64,000 bases of DNA from Planctomycetota bacterium (GTDB taxonomy: Bacteria > Planctomycetota > Phycisphaerae > SM23-33). The translations under genes and the position numbers were made by a program. Below are positions 55,053 to 64,000 of the stretch, piece by piece. Where the stretch lies: NCBI GenBank assembly GCA_009908915.1, contig JAAAOJ010000062.1, positions 5,594 through 69,593 of the forward strand, in the 5' to 3' direction. A model generated the notes under the pieces. It was not told the DNA's origin. It ran no database searches and worked only from the letters and a program-made list of their open reading frames with translations. The first letter of the stretch is position 1; each line of letters opens with the position of its first letter.

Positions 55053-55970
55053 ATGGAGCCCGAGATGGGTGAATCACGCGACGAAAAGCTGCGCAGGCTC
55101 ACACGCGACCTGGCCCGTGGTCGGCTGAAAACCGCACGCGAGTTCTTTGCCGACGGCAAACGGTCCGCCTCCGGTCAGCCGCGACAGCCTCAGACCGCCG
55201 CAGAGACTCCCCCGTCGTTGCCGCTGGGGGAAGCATGTTCCGGAGCCGAGCATCGCATCGCCACACCGCTGGGTGAGATGCCCTGCTGGCTGGTCCGCCG
55301 CAGACTGGCCGAGCTTTCGCCGGACGACCTGGCCGCCCAGAGCGACTACGTGTCCGTCCTGCGAGGAGCGCGGCAGCGATTCGACGAAATCGAAGCCCCG
55401 GCCGCTCTCTGTCACGTGGCCGACGGCGGCCCCGAGGATGTGCTGTTCATGGACACGGAAACGTGCGGCTTCTCCGGCTGCCCGATCTTCCTCGTGGGCG
55501 TGATGTTCTGCCGCAACGGTCAGTTGATCTTCGAGCAGTTCCTCGCGAGGGATTACGCCGAAGAGCCACCCATCCTCCAGGCCTTCGCGGACCACCTCGC
55601 CAGCCATCGCGTGCTGGTGACGTTTAACGGCAAGAGCTACGACATGAATATGATCCGCGATCGGTCCGTCTTCCACGGGCTGTCGCTGCCGGAGGAACCG
55701 CCGCACCTCGACCTGCTGCACGCCTCGCGCCGGCGGTGGAAGCGCGATCTGCCCAACTGCAGACTCCAGACGCTCGAGCGTTTCATCTGCGGCCGCAGGC
55801 GACAGGGCGACATCCCCGGCTCGCAGATTCCCGACGCCTACCACCAGTTCGTCCAGACCGCCGACGCATCGGCCGTCCGCGATATCCTCCATCACAACCT
55901 CCTGGACCTCCTGACGATGGTTGAGCTTCTCACCGCCCTGCTGACCAACACGCAACGCGACACGCCGTAG
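55053..55970 (+). CDS. RNase H-like superfamily exonuclease (YprB-like)
   Basis: DTETCGFSG...FLVG acidic motif and the downstream ...FNGKSYD motif. The start is uncertain: ATG 55053 is preferred over the TTG at 55002. Confidence 0.55.
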   Translation: MEPEMGESRDEKLRRLTRDLARGRLKTAREFFADGKRSASGQPRQPQTAAETPPSLPLGEACSGAEHRIATPLGEMPCWLVRRRLAELSPDDLAAQSDYVSVLRGARQRFDEIEAPAALCHVADGGPEDVLFMDTETCGFSGCPIFLVGVMFCRNGQLIFEQFLARDYAEEPPILQAFADHLASHRVLVTFNGKSYDMNMIRDRSVFHGLSLPEEPPHLDLLHASRRRWKRDLPNCRLQTLERFICGRRRQGDIPGSQIPDAYHQFVQTADASAVRDILHHNLLDLLTMVELLTALLTNTQRDTP

Positions 55971-56241
55971 CAGCCCGTTTGGAAATGGATCGCGCCGGGA
56001 GCATCAAGGAGCGGAGAGGCAGGCGAATTGGTTAATGGGTGAACGGGTTCGTTGGTTCGTTGGTTAATTGGTTGATTCGCAAGAGACCGAGTTTTCGGGA
56101 CGATGACCCGCAAGCAAAAGGCCCGGCCGCAGCAGCGACGGCTTTCCAAACGCACTGCCAAACGGACTGGTAGGCCGCGACGCGGAATCGCAGGCCTCGA
56201 ACCGCGAAACCTTTGCGGTTGATTAGCGCCGCGCGACGAAT

Positions 56242-56247
56242 CTATAA
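56242..56247 (+). promoter_or_regulatory. consensus -10 hexamer TATAAT upstream of the lipoprotein gene
   Basis: Perfect TATAAT 17 nt upstream of ATG 56264. Preceded by a TTGGTT microsatellite. Confidence 0.35.
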
Positions 56248-56263
56248 TCAGGCCCGATTGGAG

Positions 56264-56794
56264 ATGCCCTTGCCTGCTAGCCTGCGACCGATATGTCTGA
56301 CGCTTCTGGCCGTGACGCTCTGCAGCGGATTGAGTTGCACGGAGGACGTCTACGTCCGGCCGAAAGGCTCGGGGATGGCCGTCGACGAAGTACCGCACCC
56401 GATCAACCTCCTGCTGCCGAAGGAAATTGAGATCCACCCCTTCACGCGGATCAGCAGCTTTGGCGGCGGCAACGGGGGCGTGCATGCACGCGTGAAGGCC
56501 CTGGATTCGTTCGGAGCCGAAACGCGGGCCTTCGGCAACTTCCGCTTCGAGCTCTACGAGGTCCAGCAGCAGAACCTTCAGCGGCGGGGCCGTCGTCTGG
56601 CCGACTGGGAGGTCAACCTCGCCGAGCCGGACCAGAACCTCCTGCACTGGGATCGCCACACGCGGAGCTACGAGTTCAAGCTCGGCTGGAACCACAACCT
56701 CCCGCCCGGCCGCGAGGTCATTCTTACCGCGAGCTTCACCAGCCGTTTCACCCCGCGCCTCAACGACCACCGCGACATCACCGCCGGCCAATAG
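56264..56794 (+). CDS. hypothetical lipoprotein
   Basis: MPLPASLRPICLTLLAVTLCSGLSC lipobox. Mature protein is ~150 aa. Confidence 0.5.
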   Translation: MPLPASLRPICLTLLAVTLCSGLSCTEDVYVRPKGSGMAVDEVPHPINLLLPKEIEIHPFTRISSFGGGNGGVHARVKALDSFGAETRAFGNFRFELYEVQQQNLQRRGRRLADWEVNLAEPDQNLLHWDRHTRSYEFKLGWNHNLPPGREVILTASFTSRFTPRLNDHRDITAGQ

Positions 56795-56900
56795 CGGGAC
56801 ATCGAGGACAACGGGGACTCCATACTGCAAACCTCCCTCCCGATAGACACCGAACGTGCTTCACAGGGCCAGCCGCGGGCATGCTGGTGAACGCCGAACG

Positions 56901-58625
56901 CTACTGCCCTGTCTGCTGAGCCTTCTGCGCGGGGGCGGTCTGCACGTCGCGGGCCTCGTCCGGCGCGGCATTCGGTGCTTGCTGCGTCGGCTGCAACTGC
57001 TCTTCGAGCACGCGGAGGTTGGTCTGCTGCAGCGTGTTGAGGCGGCTTGTCGGGGGGCGGCGCCGCAGCGTGATGACCATCGCCTCGGCGGGCGCTTCGG
57101 CGAGGATTTGCTGCAGGGCTTCGGCGGAGAGGCCGGCCTGAATCCTTTGAGCAGCGCACCTGGCCTGCTCCTTCAGAACGCTCTCTTGCGCGGCGGCGAC
57201 TTCCCGCAGCGGCAGCGGCGGCGCGGCGGCCTGGCGTCGTCGCGTCTGGACGGGCGTCGTATCGCCGGCTGACGGACGAGCGCCGTTGGCGGGGGCAGCT
57301 TTGCCGTTCAGTTCCTCGGCGGTGGGTTCGACTTCGGCCGACGAGGCAAGCGCTTCGGGCTGCTCGGCCTGTTTTCCGTCGTTCGGCGGCGATGCCTGCG
57401 GCGCGGTCGGCGCGCCGGCTGGGGCGATCTCCGGCCGTCGCGCGGAGGTGGTCGGGGGAGCTTCTTGTGCCGCACGTGGCGCCGGGGCCTTGCTCTTGGC
57501 GATTTCGGCTTCCGCTCGGTGGGGCAAATCACTCGCCGGCGCGTCCTGCCGGGCGCCGGCATAGTCGCCCTGCGACACTTCCTTCTTGTATCGTCGAACT
57601 TCATCGGCCTCCGCGAGTGCAAGTCCGGGATCCTCGATGGCCTGGCGGAACAGCGGCTCGGGAAGCTGCGAGACGCGCTGTTGTCGGACGACCTTGCTCT
57701 CCAACGCCGCGGCGAGGTCGGCCAGCTGCTCCTGCGAACCGTAGACGAGGTACTGCACTTCCTCGGTTTCCGGCTGGGGCTGCCGCTGCTGAGCCTCGTT
57801 GAAGAAGAAGTTTCGGTTGAGGTTGACGGCCTGGCTGGGCAGGACGACGGCCTGGTCGTCCGGCGCCAGGGCAATACCGTTGGCCACAAGAATCGTCTCG
57901 ACCGTATCCTGGTTGGTCGGTACGTCGTCGACGAAAATGCTCAACTCGTTGCCGCCGTTAAGTGTTCGGAGCTTGCCCAGCGCGCTGTCACGCGCGTCGG
58001 CGACGTTGGACGCCCAGTCGTAGGCATCGGGGCCTTTGCGGCCGACAACGCCCTCGGCGTCGTCATCCGGCCGCCCGCTGTCGCCGCCCTTGGCAACCAC
58101 GGCAGCACCTCGCCCGTCCCAGCCGGCTTCGCCCGCGACCACGTCGGGTCGGTCTGCCGGACCGGACGGCTGTCGCCCCGCCCGCGCGGGTGTCTCTCGC
58201 GCGTCTGATGTGTCGGTCATGGCAATGGTTTCACTCCTGCCGTAGTCGTCGACAGCGAGCGAGTGCGGCCCTTCCACATCGCCGGTGGTCAGCCACATCT
58301 GCGAGACCAGCACGCCGAGCCCGATAGCGGCAACGAGAACGGCGGCTGCTCCGGCGTATCGAATCCAGCGAGGTCCGGCTGTGGGCGACGTAGCCCCGCG
58401 CTGCCTTTGGCCGGCCTGGGCGGCGATGCGTTCGGCAAAGCCTTCCGGCGCCGAAGCCCGCGCAAGCCCCTTCAGCAGGTCGCGCGTGGCGCGAAGTTGC
58501 TGCAACTCCTCGGCGAGGCTTTCGTCCTCCGCGACAGCACGCTCGACCCGGGCCGCCTCGTCGGCGGTCAGTTCACCGTCGAGGTAGGCCGAGAGTTGCT
58601 CTCGGATTGTGTCGTTACCGTTCAT
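56901..58625 (-). CDS. anti-sigma factor (zf-HC2-like N-terminus, one TM helix, long Ala/Pro-rich extracytoplasmic domain)
   Basis: LSAYLDGEL motif typical of anti-sigma N-termini, TM helix (AAAVLVAAIGLGVLV), and position 4 nt downstream of the ECF sigma gene. Confidence 0.6.
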   Translation of the reverse strand: MNGNDTIREQLSAYLDGELTADEAARVERAVAEDESLAEELQQLRATRDLLKGLARASAPEGFAERIAAQAGQRQRGATSPTAGPRWIRYAGAAAVLVAAIGLGVLVSQMWLTTGDVEGPHSLAVDDYGRSETIAMTDTSDARETPARAGRQPSGPADRPDVVAGEAGWDGRGAAVVAKGGDSGRPDDDAEGVVGRKGPDAYDWASNVADARDSALGKLRTLNGGNELSIFVDDVPTNQDTVETILVANGIALAPDDQAVVLPSQAVNLNRNFFFNEAQQRQPQPETEEVQYLVYGSQEQLADLAAALESKVVRQQRVSQLPEPLFRQAIEDPGLALAEADEVRRYKKEVSQGDYAGARQDAPASDLPHRAEAEIAKSKAPAPRAAQEAPPTTSARRPEIAPAGAPTAPQASPPNDGKQAEQPEALASSAEVEPTAEELNGKAAPANGARPSAGDTTPVQTRRRQAAAPPLPLREVAAAQESVLKEQARCAAQRIQAGLSAEALQQILAEAPAEAMVITLRRRPPTSRLNTLQQTNLRVLEEQLQPTQQAPNAAPDEARDVQTAPAQKAQQTGQ

Positions 58626-58628
58626 GTG

Positions 58629-59261
58629 TCACTTGCTGATCAAGGCGGCGAGTTTGTCTTTCAGTATATTACGTCCGCGGTGGATGCGACTTTTGACGGT
58701 CCCCACCGGTACGTCGAGGATCTCGGCGATATCGGCGTAGTCCAGTTCTTCAATATCACGCAACACGATGGCGGCCCGGAACTCTTCGTCGAGTGCATCG
58801 AGGGCGGCCTCGATCTGCTGCGACGTTTCGCGTGCCATGACGTTAGCCTCCGGGGCCGGCGTCCGCTGGCGCGACAGATCGGCAGTGACGGTGTCGGTGA
58901 AGCTCTGGCCCTGCTCGTCGTCGCCGGTCGCGTTCATGGACAGGAACTTGACCTTCGCGCCGCGCCGACGCCGCGAGATCGCCAGGTTCATCGCGATACG
59001 AAACAGCCACGTGTAAAACCGGCTGCCCCCGCGGAACTGATCGATCTTCTCAAAGGCCTTGAGGAACGCCTCCTGGGCGAGTTCCTCGGCGTCGTCGGGA
59101 CCGGCCATCCGTCTCATCACATTGTAAATGCGATCCTGGTAACGGATTACCAGTTCGCCGTAGGCGGCAGTATCGCCGTCCTGGCATCGACGAACCACCG
59201 CCACCTCGTCAAACGAGATCGTGCGGGCCGGCCGTGTCGGCTCGGCCGATTCGTCGGCCAT
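58629..59261 (-). CDS. RNA polymerase sigma-70 factor, ECF subfamily
   Basis: Region 2 (ELAQEAFLKAFEKI, FYTWLFRIAMN) and region 4 (DYADIAEILDVPVGTVKSRIHRGR). Start at MADESAEP, because a TATACT -10 lies just upstream of the alternative TTG. Confidence 0.8.
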   Translation of the reverse strand: MADESAEPTRPARTISFDEVAVVRRCQDGDTAAYGELVIRYQDRIYNVMRRMAGPDDAEELAQEAFLKAFEKIDQFRGGSRFYTWLFRIAMNLAISRRRRGAKVKFLSMNATGDDEQGQSFTDTVTADLSRQRTPAPEANVMARETSQQIEAALDALDEEFRAAIVLRDIEELDYADIAEILDVPVGTVKSRIHRGRNILKDKLAALISK

Positions 59262-59627
59262 CAGATTGGACGCTTGTTCCTGCAAAGGGTTCCCGAAATA
59301 TCCGAGTCCTGTCGACAACTGCTTCGCCCACAGTATAACGCGCCCCTCGCCGACGGGTAGTGCCTGGATTTTATCAGCTCCTCACGGGCCGACTTTCGAG
59401 TGGAAGGCCTTCACGCCAGCCACGCCCGGCCGCGCGCGATAGATCGCGCCCGCCGTCGGCGGTCGTGGGCCTCGCCGGCTTCATACAACGGGTCCCAGGA
59501 TCCGGCCGCGGGGCCGCAGGCGCACCGCCGACCGGACGTGATGTCCATCCAGTCCGAGCGGTGGCGATCGAGGTCTCACAGCGGCTTCTCGTCGCAGCCG
59601 CAACGGGCCACGGCGATGCATTCGGGG

Positions 59628-60518
59628 TCATTTCCGCGCCTCGCTACTCTCGTCGGTGACGTCTTCGGTCGGCAGTCTCTCGGCGGCTGCTTCATGGGTT
59701 TCCTCGGCCTGCTCCACTTCCTGATGAGCCTCTCGCTTGCGTTCGTGTTCGGCTTCCTGGATATCCTGTTGCTGGAGGCGTTGCTCTTCGTCCGCGGTGG
59801 CCTTGCGATGGGCGGCATCGCCGGCTCCGCCGGTGCGTCGCTGCCCCAGTTCCTGCAGCAGAACCGACTGGCCGTAAAGGATCAGCGTATCGCCGGCGTG
59901 AATCCTCGTCTTGCCGCGAGGCGCGCCGACGTAGCTGCCGTCTTCGCGGTTGATGCCGAGGACGGTCACCCCTTCCTCGGGCAGGTCGCACTCGGCCAGC
60001 GTCTTCTCCGCCAACCAGTCATCCTCCTCGACGTGGACCTCGTTGACGGCATATTCGCCGGCCAGTTTCAACAGGCCGAGGTAATCGCGCACGTCCAGGT
60101 CGGTATAGCGTTTGAGCAGGTGCGCCATGGCTGCCTCGATCAGCCGTGTGACGGTCTGACTGATCGTCAGCAGCCATAGCACGATGATGCCGCCGACGAG
60201 CCAGGCCAGGCGGATAAGCTTCGTGACGTCCTCGGCCGGACCGATGAAGGACAGGATGACGGAGATGATGATCGTGATAACGCCGGCGCTGCGGACGATC
60301 ATCAGCCACATGATGATCTGCCGGCGGATGGGATGGGCGACGATGTCCTCGCTTTCGGCTGTCGTGAAGCCCGTGCCGGTAAATGCGCTGCGCGCCTGGA
60401 AGCGGGCCACCTGCCGGCTCAGGCCGGTCAGAGTAAGGGCCATCGTGGCCAGACGGGTAATCAGAAGTGAGAGGAACAGGACGGTCAGCGATGTCACGAT
60501 GCCGATAATGCCGATCAT
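59628..60518 (-). CDS. ion-channel family membrane protein with C-terminal TrkA-C (RCK_C) domain
   Basis: Two-TM pore-like region (TGFTTAESEDIVAHP in place of the canonical TVGYGD) and an RCK_C-like domain (LAECDLPEEGVTVLGINRE..IHAGDTLILYG). Acidic tail. Confidence 0.6.
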   Translation of the reverse strand: MIGIIGIVTSLTVLFLSLLITRLATMALTLTGLSRQVARFQARSAFTGTGFTTAESEDIVAHPIRRQIIMWLMIVRSAGVITIIISVILSFIGPAEDVTKLIRLAWLVGGIIVLWLLTISQTVTRLIEAAMAHLLKRYTDLDVRDYLGLLKLAGEYAVNEVHVEEDDWLAEKTLAECDLPEEGVTVLGINREDGSYVGAPRGKTRIHAGDTLILYGQSVLLQELGQRRTGGAGDAAHRKATADEEQRLQQQDIQEAEHERKREAHQEVEQAEETHEAAAERLPTEDVTDESSEARK

Positions 60519-60701
60519 ACGAACGCTCCGCGGAAAAGGTCGATCCGGTGGGCCCGCGTGAAGTCTACCGGCTCTGGCGGTCGGTCTCAACGGCAAGAGC
60601 TGGCGCCGAATATAAAGCGGCGGCCCGGAACCGCGTCCGGACCGCCGCGTTCACGTCCAACATGTCAGGCAGTGTTCTTTCTCTGCCCTCGGCCCTTCGT
60701 G

Positions 60702-63242
60702 TTACGTGCCTTCCGGTACGCTTGCGGCCGCCTCGGCGGGCTGGGGTTTCTCACCTGCACCTTCGAAGTACAGGTGCTTCTTTTCCTCGCCCTCGTCGTC
60801 GGTGTCGGTACGGACGGAGACGTTGATCTGCGCGTCGTCCTTGTAACTGCCGCGAAGGATTTCCTCGCTGATCGCGTCTTCGACGTGCTGTTCGATGGCC
60901 CGGCGAAGCGGGCGGGCGCCGAAGTCCGGGTTGTACCCCTTGTCGATCAGGAATTCTTTGGCCTCGTCGTCCAGGACCAGCTCCAGGTCATGCTCGGCCA
61001 GGCGGTTACGGACGTTTCGCAGCTCGTAGTCGACGATCGTCTGCAGGTCCTCGCGGTTGAGGGCCTTGAAGACGATGATGTCGTCCAGACGGTTGATGAA
61101 TTCCGGTCGGAAGTGGCGTTCGATTTCCTTGTGGAGCATATCCTTCATCTTCTCGTAGGACGTGTGCTCATCGCGCTTGCCGAAGCCGAATCCGCCACCG
61201 GACTTGATCATCTCGGCGCCGATGTTCGTCGTGAGGATCAGCACGGTGTTGCGGAAATCGACCCGGCGGCCGAAGCTGTCGGTGAGGTGACCTTCCTCCA
61301 TCACCTGCAGCAGCATGTTGAACACGTCCGGGTGGGCCTTCTCGATTTCGTCCAGCAGCACCACGGCGTAGGGCCGACGGCGGATGCGCTCGGTGAGCTG
61401 GCCGCCCTCTTCGTAGCCGACGTAGCCCGGAGGCGCGCCGACCAGGCGGCTGACGTTATGCTTCTCCATGTACTCGGACATGTCGATCTGGATGAGGGCT
61501 TCCTCGTCGCCGAACATGAATTCTGCGAGGGCCTTGGAAAGCAGCGTCTTGCCCACGCCGGACGGCCCGGAGAAGATAAAGCTGCCCATCGGCCTACGCG
61601 GATCCTTCATGCCGCTACGGGCACGCCGGATGGCTTTGGAGACGGCGACGATAGCTTCTTGCTGGCTGACGACGCGTTTGTGAAGCTCGTTCTCCAGTTC
61701 CAGCAGGCGCTGGGCTTCTTCCTTCTCCAGACGGGTCAGCGGCACGCCGGTCATCTTGCTGACGACCTCGGCGACCACGTCCTCGTCCACCACGCCGGAG
61801 GCCTCGGAGGATTGCTCCTTCCAACTCTTCTGGAGCTTCTCCTTCTCGTCTCGAAGCTGTTCGGCCTTGTCGCGCAGCTCGGCGGCCCGTTCGTAGTCGG
61901 CATTCTTGACGGCCTCGTCCTTTTCGATCTGCAGGCGTTCGACCCGGTCCTCGATGCTGGCGAGGTCCGGTGGCTTGGTCATATTCTTGAGACGGATGCG
62001 CGCGCCGGCCTCGTCGATGACGTCGATGGCTTTGTCCGGCTGGACGCGGCCGGTGATGTAGCGGTTGGACAGTTCGACGGCCTGTTCAATGGCCTCGTCG
62101 GTGATTCGCACACGGTGGTGCGCCTCGTAGCGGTCCCGCAGGCCACCGAGGATGTCGATGGTCTGCTCTCGCGTGGGCGGGTTGACGATGATCGTCTGGA
62201 AGCGGCGTTCCAGCGCGCCGTCCTTCTCGATGTGCTTGCGATACTCGTCCATCGTCGTCGCGCCGATGCACTGGATCTCGCCGCGCGAGAGGCTCGGCTT
62301 GAGGACGTTGGCGGCATCGATGGCGCCCTCGGCCCCGCCGGCGCCGACCAGCGTGTGTAGTTCGTCGATGAACAGGATGACGTTCTTGGCTCGCTTGACC
62401 TCGTTCATGACGGCCTTGATGCGTTCCTCGAACTGGCCGCGGTATTTCGTTCCGGCGACCATCATCGCCAGGTCGAGCGCCACGATGCGGCGGTCGTGGA
62501 GGAGATCCGGCACGTCCTTGCTGACGATGTTCTGGGCCAGACCTTCGACGATGGCGGTTTTGCCGACGCCGGCTTCGCCTAGCAGCACGGGGTTGTTCTT
62601 GGTCCGGCGGCAGAGCACCTGGATGACGCGTTCGATTTCGTCGACGCGGCCGATGACGGGGTCGAGCTGGCCTTCGCGGGCCAGTTCCGTCAGGTCGCGG
62701 CCGAAGTTGTCCAGCGCCGGCGTCTTGCTCTTGCCGCGCCGCTGGCCGGACGTCGAACTGCTGGCACCTTCGCTCGCGCCGGCCGTGGCCTCTTCGGGAT
62801 CCACGCCGGCACCGAGCAGCTTCAGCACTTCCTCGCGGACCTCCTCGAGCTTCAGCCCGAGGTTCATCAGCACTTGGGCGGCCACGCCGTCGTGTTCGCG
62901 CAGCAGCCCGAGCAGGATGTGCTCCGTGCCGACGTAGTTATGGTTGAGATTGCGCGCTTCCTCGATGGAGTACTCGATGACCTTCTTGGCACGGGGAGTC
63001 TGGGGCAGCTTGCCCATGGTGACCATGTCCGGCCCGGCCTTCACGAGCTTCTCGACCTCCATGCGGACCTTGTGCAGTTCCACGCCGAGGTTTTTGAGCA
63101 CGTTGGCGCCGACGCCCGTGCCTTCTTTGACCAGCCCAAGCAGAATATGCTCCGTTCCGATGTACTCGTGGTTGAAGCGCTGGGCCTCCTGGTTCGCCAG
63201 GGCAATGACCTTTCGCGCCCGTTCCGTAAAGCGTTCAAACAT
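60702..63242 (-). CDS. clpC: ATP-dependent Clp protease ATP-binding subunit ClpC
   Basis: Double Clp_N repeat, NBD1 (GEAGVGKTA), UVR linker motif, NBD2 (GPSGVGKT), and a C-terminal D2-small domain. Confidence 0.9.
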   Translation of the reverse strand: MFERFTERARKVIALANQEAQRFNHEYIGTEHILLGLVKEGTGVGANVLKNLGVELHKVRMEVEKLVKAGPDMVTMGKLPQTPRAKKVIEYSIEEARNLNHNYVGTEHILLGLLREHDGVAAQVLMNLGLKLEEVREEVLKLLGAGVDPEEATAGASEGASSSTSGQRRGKSKTPALDNFGRDLTELAREGQLDPVIGRVDEIERVIQVLCRRTKNNPVLLGEAGVGKTAIVEGLAQNIVSKDVPDLLHDRRIVALDLAMMVAGTKYRGQFEERIKAVMNEVKRAKNVILFIDELHTLVGAGGAEGAIDAANVLKPSLSRGEIQCIGATTMDEYRKHIEKDGALERRFQTIIVNPPTREQTIDILGGLRDRYEAHHRVRITDEAIEQAVELSNRYITGRVQPDKAIDVIDEAGARIRLKNMTKPPDLASIEDRVERLQIEKDEAVKNADYERAAELRDKAEQLRDEKEKLQKSWKEQSSEASGVVDEDVVAEVVSKMTGVPLTRLEKEEAQRLLELENELHKRVVSQQEAIVAVSKAIRRARSGMKDPRRPMGSFIFSGPSGVGKTLLSKALAEFMFGDEEALIQIDMSEYMEKHNVSRLVGAPPGYVGYEEGGQLTERIRRRPYAVVLLDEIEKAHPDVFNMLLQVMEEGHLTDSFGRRVDFRNTVLILTTNIGAEMIKSGGGFGFGKRDEHTSYEKMKDMLHKEIERHFRPEFINRLDDIIVFKALNREDLQTIVDYELRNVRNRLAEHDLELVLDDEAKEFLIDKGYNPDFGARPLRRAIEQHVEDAISEEILRGSYKDDAQINVSVRTDTDDEGEEKKHLYFEGAGEKPQPAEAAASVPEGT

Positions 63243-63548
63243 TCGACTTTCGCTCCCGTCGTCAGGGTCGTGGTTTGCGGTGACGTCTTACAGTATCGAT
63301 CTGTCTGTACGTTACGTTTCAGCCCACGGCTGGGCTCACCGTCGAGCCTGATTGTAGACAATCCGGGCCAGCGCATTCAAGCATCGTCAGCGCCGCTCCC
63401 GCTCTATATGCCTTATCGGCCCGGCGACTGCAGAAGTTGACCGGCGCGCCGTTTATCCACAAACGGCCGCTCCGTCTGCCTGATGGTGCATGCTATGCCG
63501 CCTGGGTGTCCCGATGCCGTCACAGGTAAATGCTTCAGGCTTGGATAT

Positions 63549-64000
63549 TTACTCCACCGTCACGCTCTTGGCGAGATTGCGGGGTTTGTCGACGTTGCAT
63601 CCGCGTGCCACGGCGGCGTGGTAGGCCAGCAGCTGCAGCGGGATGACCGTCAGCAGCGGCGCCAGCGGCACGGGGCAGTCGGGGACGTAGATCACCTCGT
63701 CGGAGTATGTCTCTATCTCCGTGTCGGCCTCGGTGGCGATGGTGATCGTGTAGCCCTTGCGGGCGCGGACTTCCTCGATATTGCCCACGACCTTGTCGTA
63801 CGTCCCCATCCGCGTGGCGATAAACACCACCGGCATACCATCGGTGATCAGGGCGATCGGGCCGTGTTTCATCTCCGCCGCGGGCAAGCCCTCAGCGTGA
63901 ATATAGCTGATTTCCTTGAGTTTCAGCGCGCCCTCCAGCGCGATGGGGTACTGGTAACCGCGGCCAAGAAACAGCCAGTTTTCACGGTTGCAGCAGCGTT
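63549..64000 (-). CDS. glmS: glutamine--fructose-6-phosphate aminotransferase, 3' portion (5' end outside window)
   Basis: SIS-domain C-terminus ending ...[11 protein letters not shown], the canonical GlmS terminus. The frame stays open to the window edge. Confidence 0.85.
   Translation of the reverse strand, partial: RCCNRENWLFLGRGYQYPIALEGALKLKEISYIHAEGLPAAEMKHGPIALITDGMPVVFIATRMGTYDKVVGNIEEVRARKGYTITIATEADTEIETYSDEVIYVPDCPVPLAPLLTVIPLQLLAYHAAVARGCNVDKPRNLAKSVTVE

Noticed and set aside
60558-62360. 600-aa plus-strand ORF
   Set aside because: It is antisense to clpC.
63243-63548. CtsR/CIRCE-like heat-shock operator upstream of clpC
   Set aside because: No GGTCAAA direct repeat or TTAGCACTC-N9-GAGTGCTAA was found. 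Only a weak ACGTTACGT palindrome is present.
1-64000. tRNA, rRNA and CRISPR scan by eye (T-loop GGTTCGAATCC-like motifs, short regularly spaced repeats)
   Set aside because: No convincing T-loop/acceptor pairs or CRISPR-type arrays were seen. The repeats found are few in number and irregular.

Overview
High-GC (about 65-70%) bacterial chromosomal segment, most likely from a Planctomycetes-like organism. Support for that guess: a PEP-CTERM protein, many secreted lipoproteins, two ECF sigma/anti-sigma modules and two GT39-type glycosyltransferases. The window is densely packed with recognisable housekeeping genes: ogt, hisF, nadD, cdsA, aroC, manA, rluB, a rhamnulokinase-like FGGY kinase, hisS, cimA/leuA-family, valS, holB, tmk, topA, clpC and the glmS 3' end. 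Several things stand out against that background. (1) A minus-strand cluster runs hisF, pilT, then a membrane-anchored GspE/PilB-family protein whose Walker A, Walker B and His-box residues are all degenerate (a probable pseudo-ATPase), then a CvpA-like membrane protein. (2) A candidate ~80-nt sRNA sits in a low-GC island after nadD, with a sigma70-like promoter, two C/U-rich hairpin loops and an intrinsic terminator. (3) A ~1-kb convergent non-coding region between the kinase and the PEP-CTERM gene contains two ~115-bp near-identical direct repeats plus a minus-strand terminator. (4) A 1.6-kb low-GC non-coding region upstream of the PEP-CTERM gene contains a 120-bp MITE-like element (13-bp perfect terminal inverted repeats, TATCCT target-site duplication) and a decayed second copy. 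(5) Next to it is a tandem pair of paralogous ~90-aa secreted proteins plus a small anchored protein. (6) A low-GC NYN-domain pseudogene lies between tmk and holB; both of its frameshifts coincide with poly-G tracts. (7) A ~25-nt motif recurs in three intergenic sites. Many long ORFs in the six-frame track are antisense artefacts of the high GC content and were rejected. No tRNA, rRNA or CRISPR array was found.
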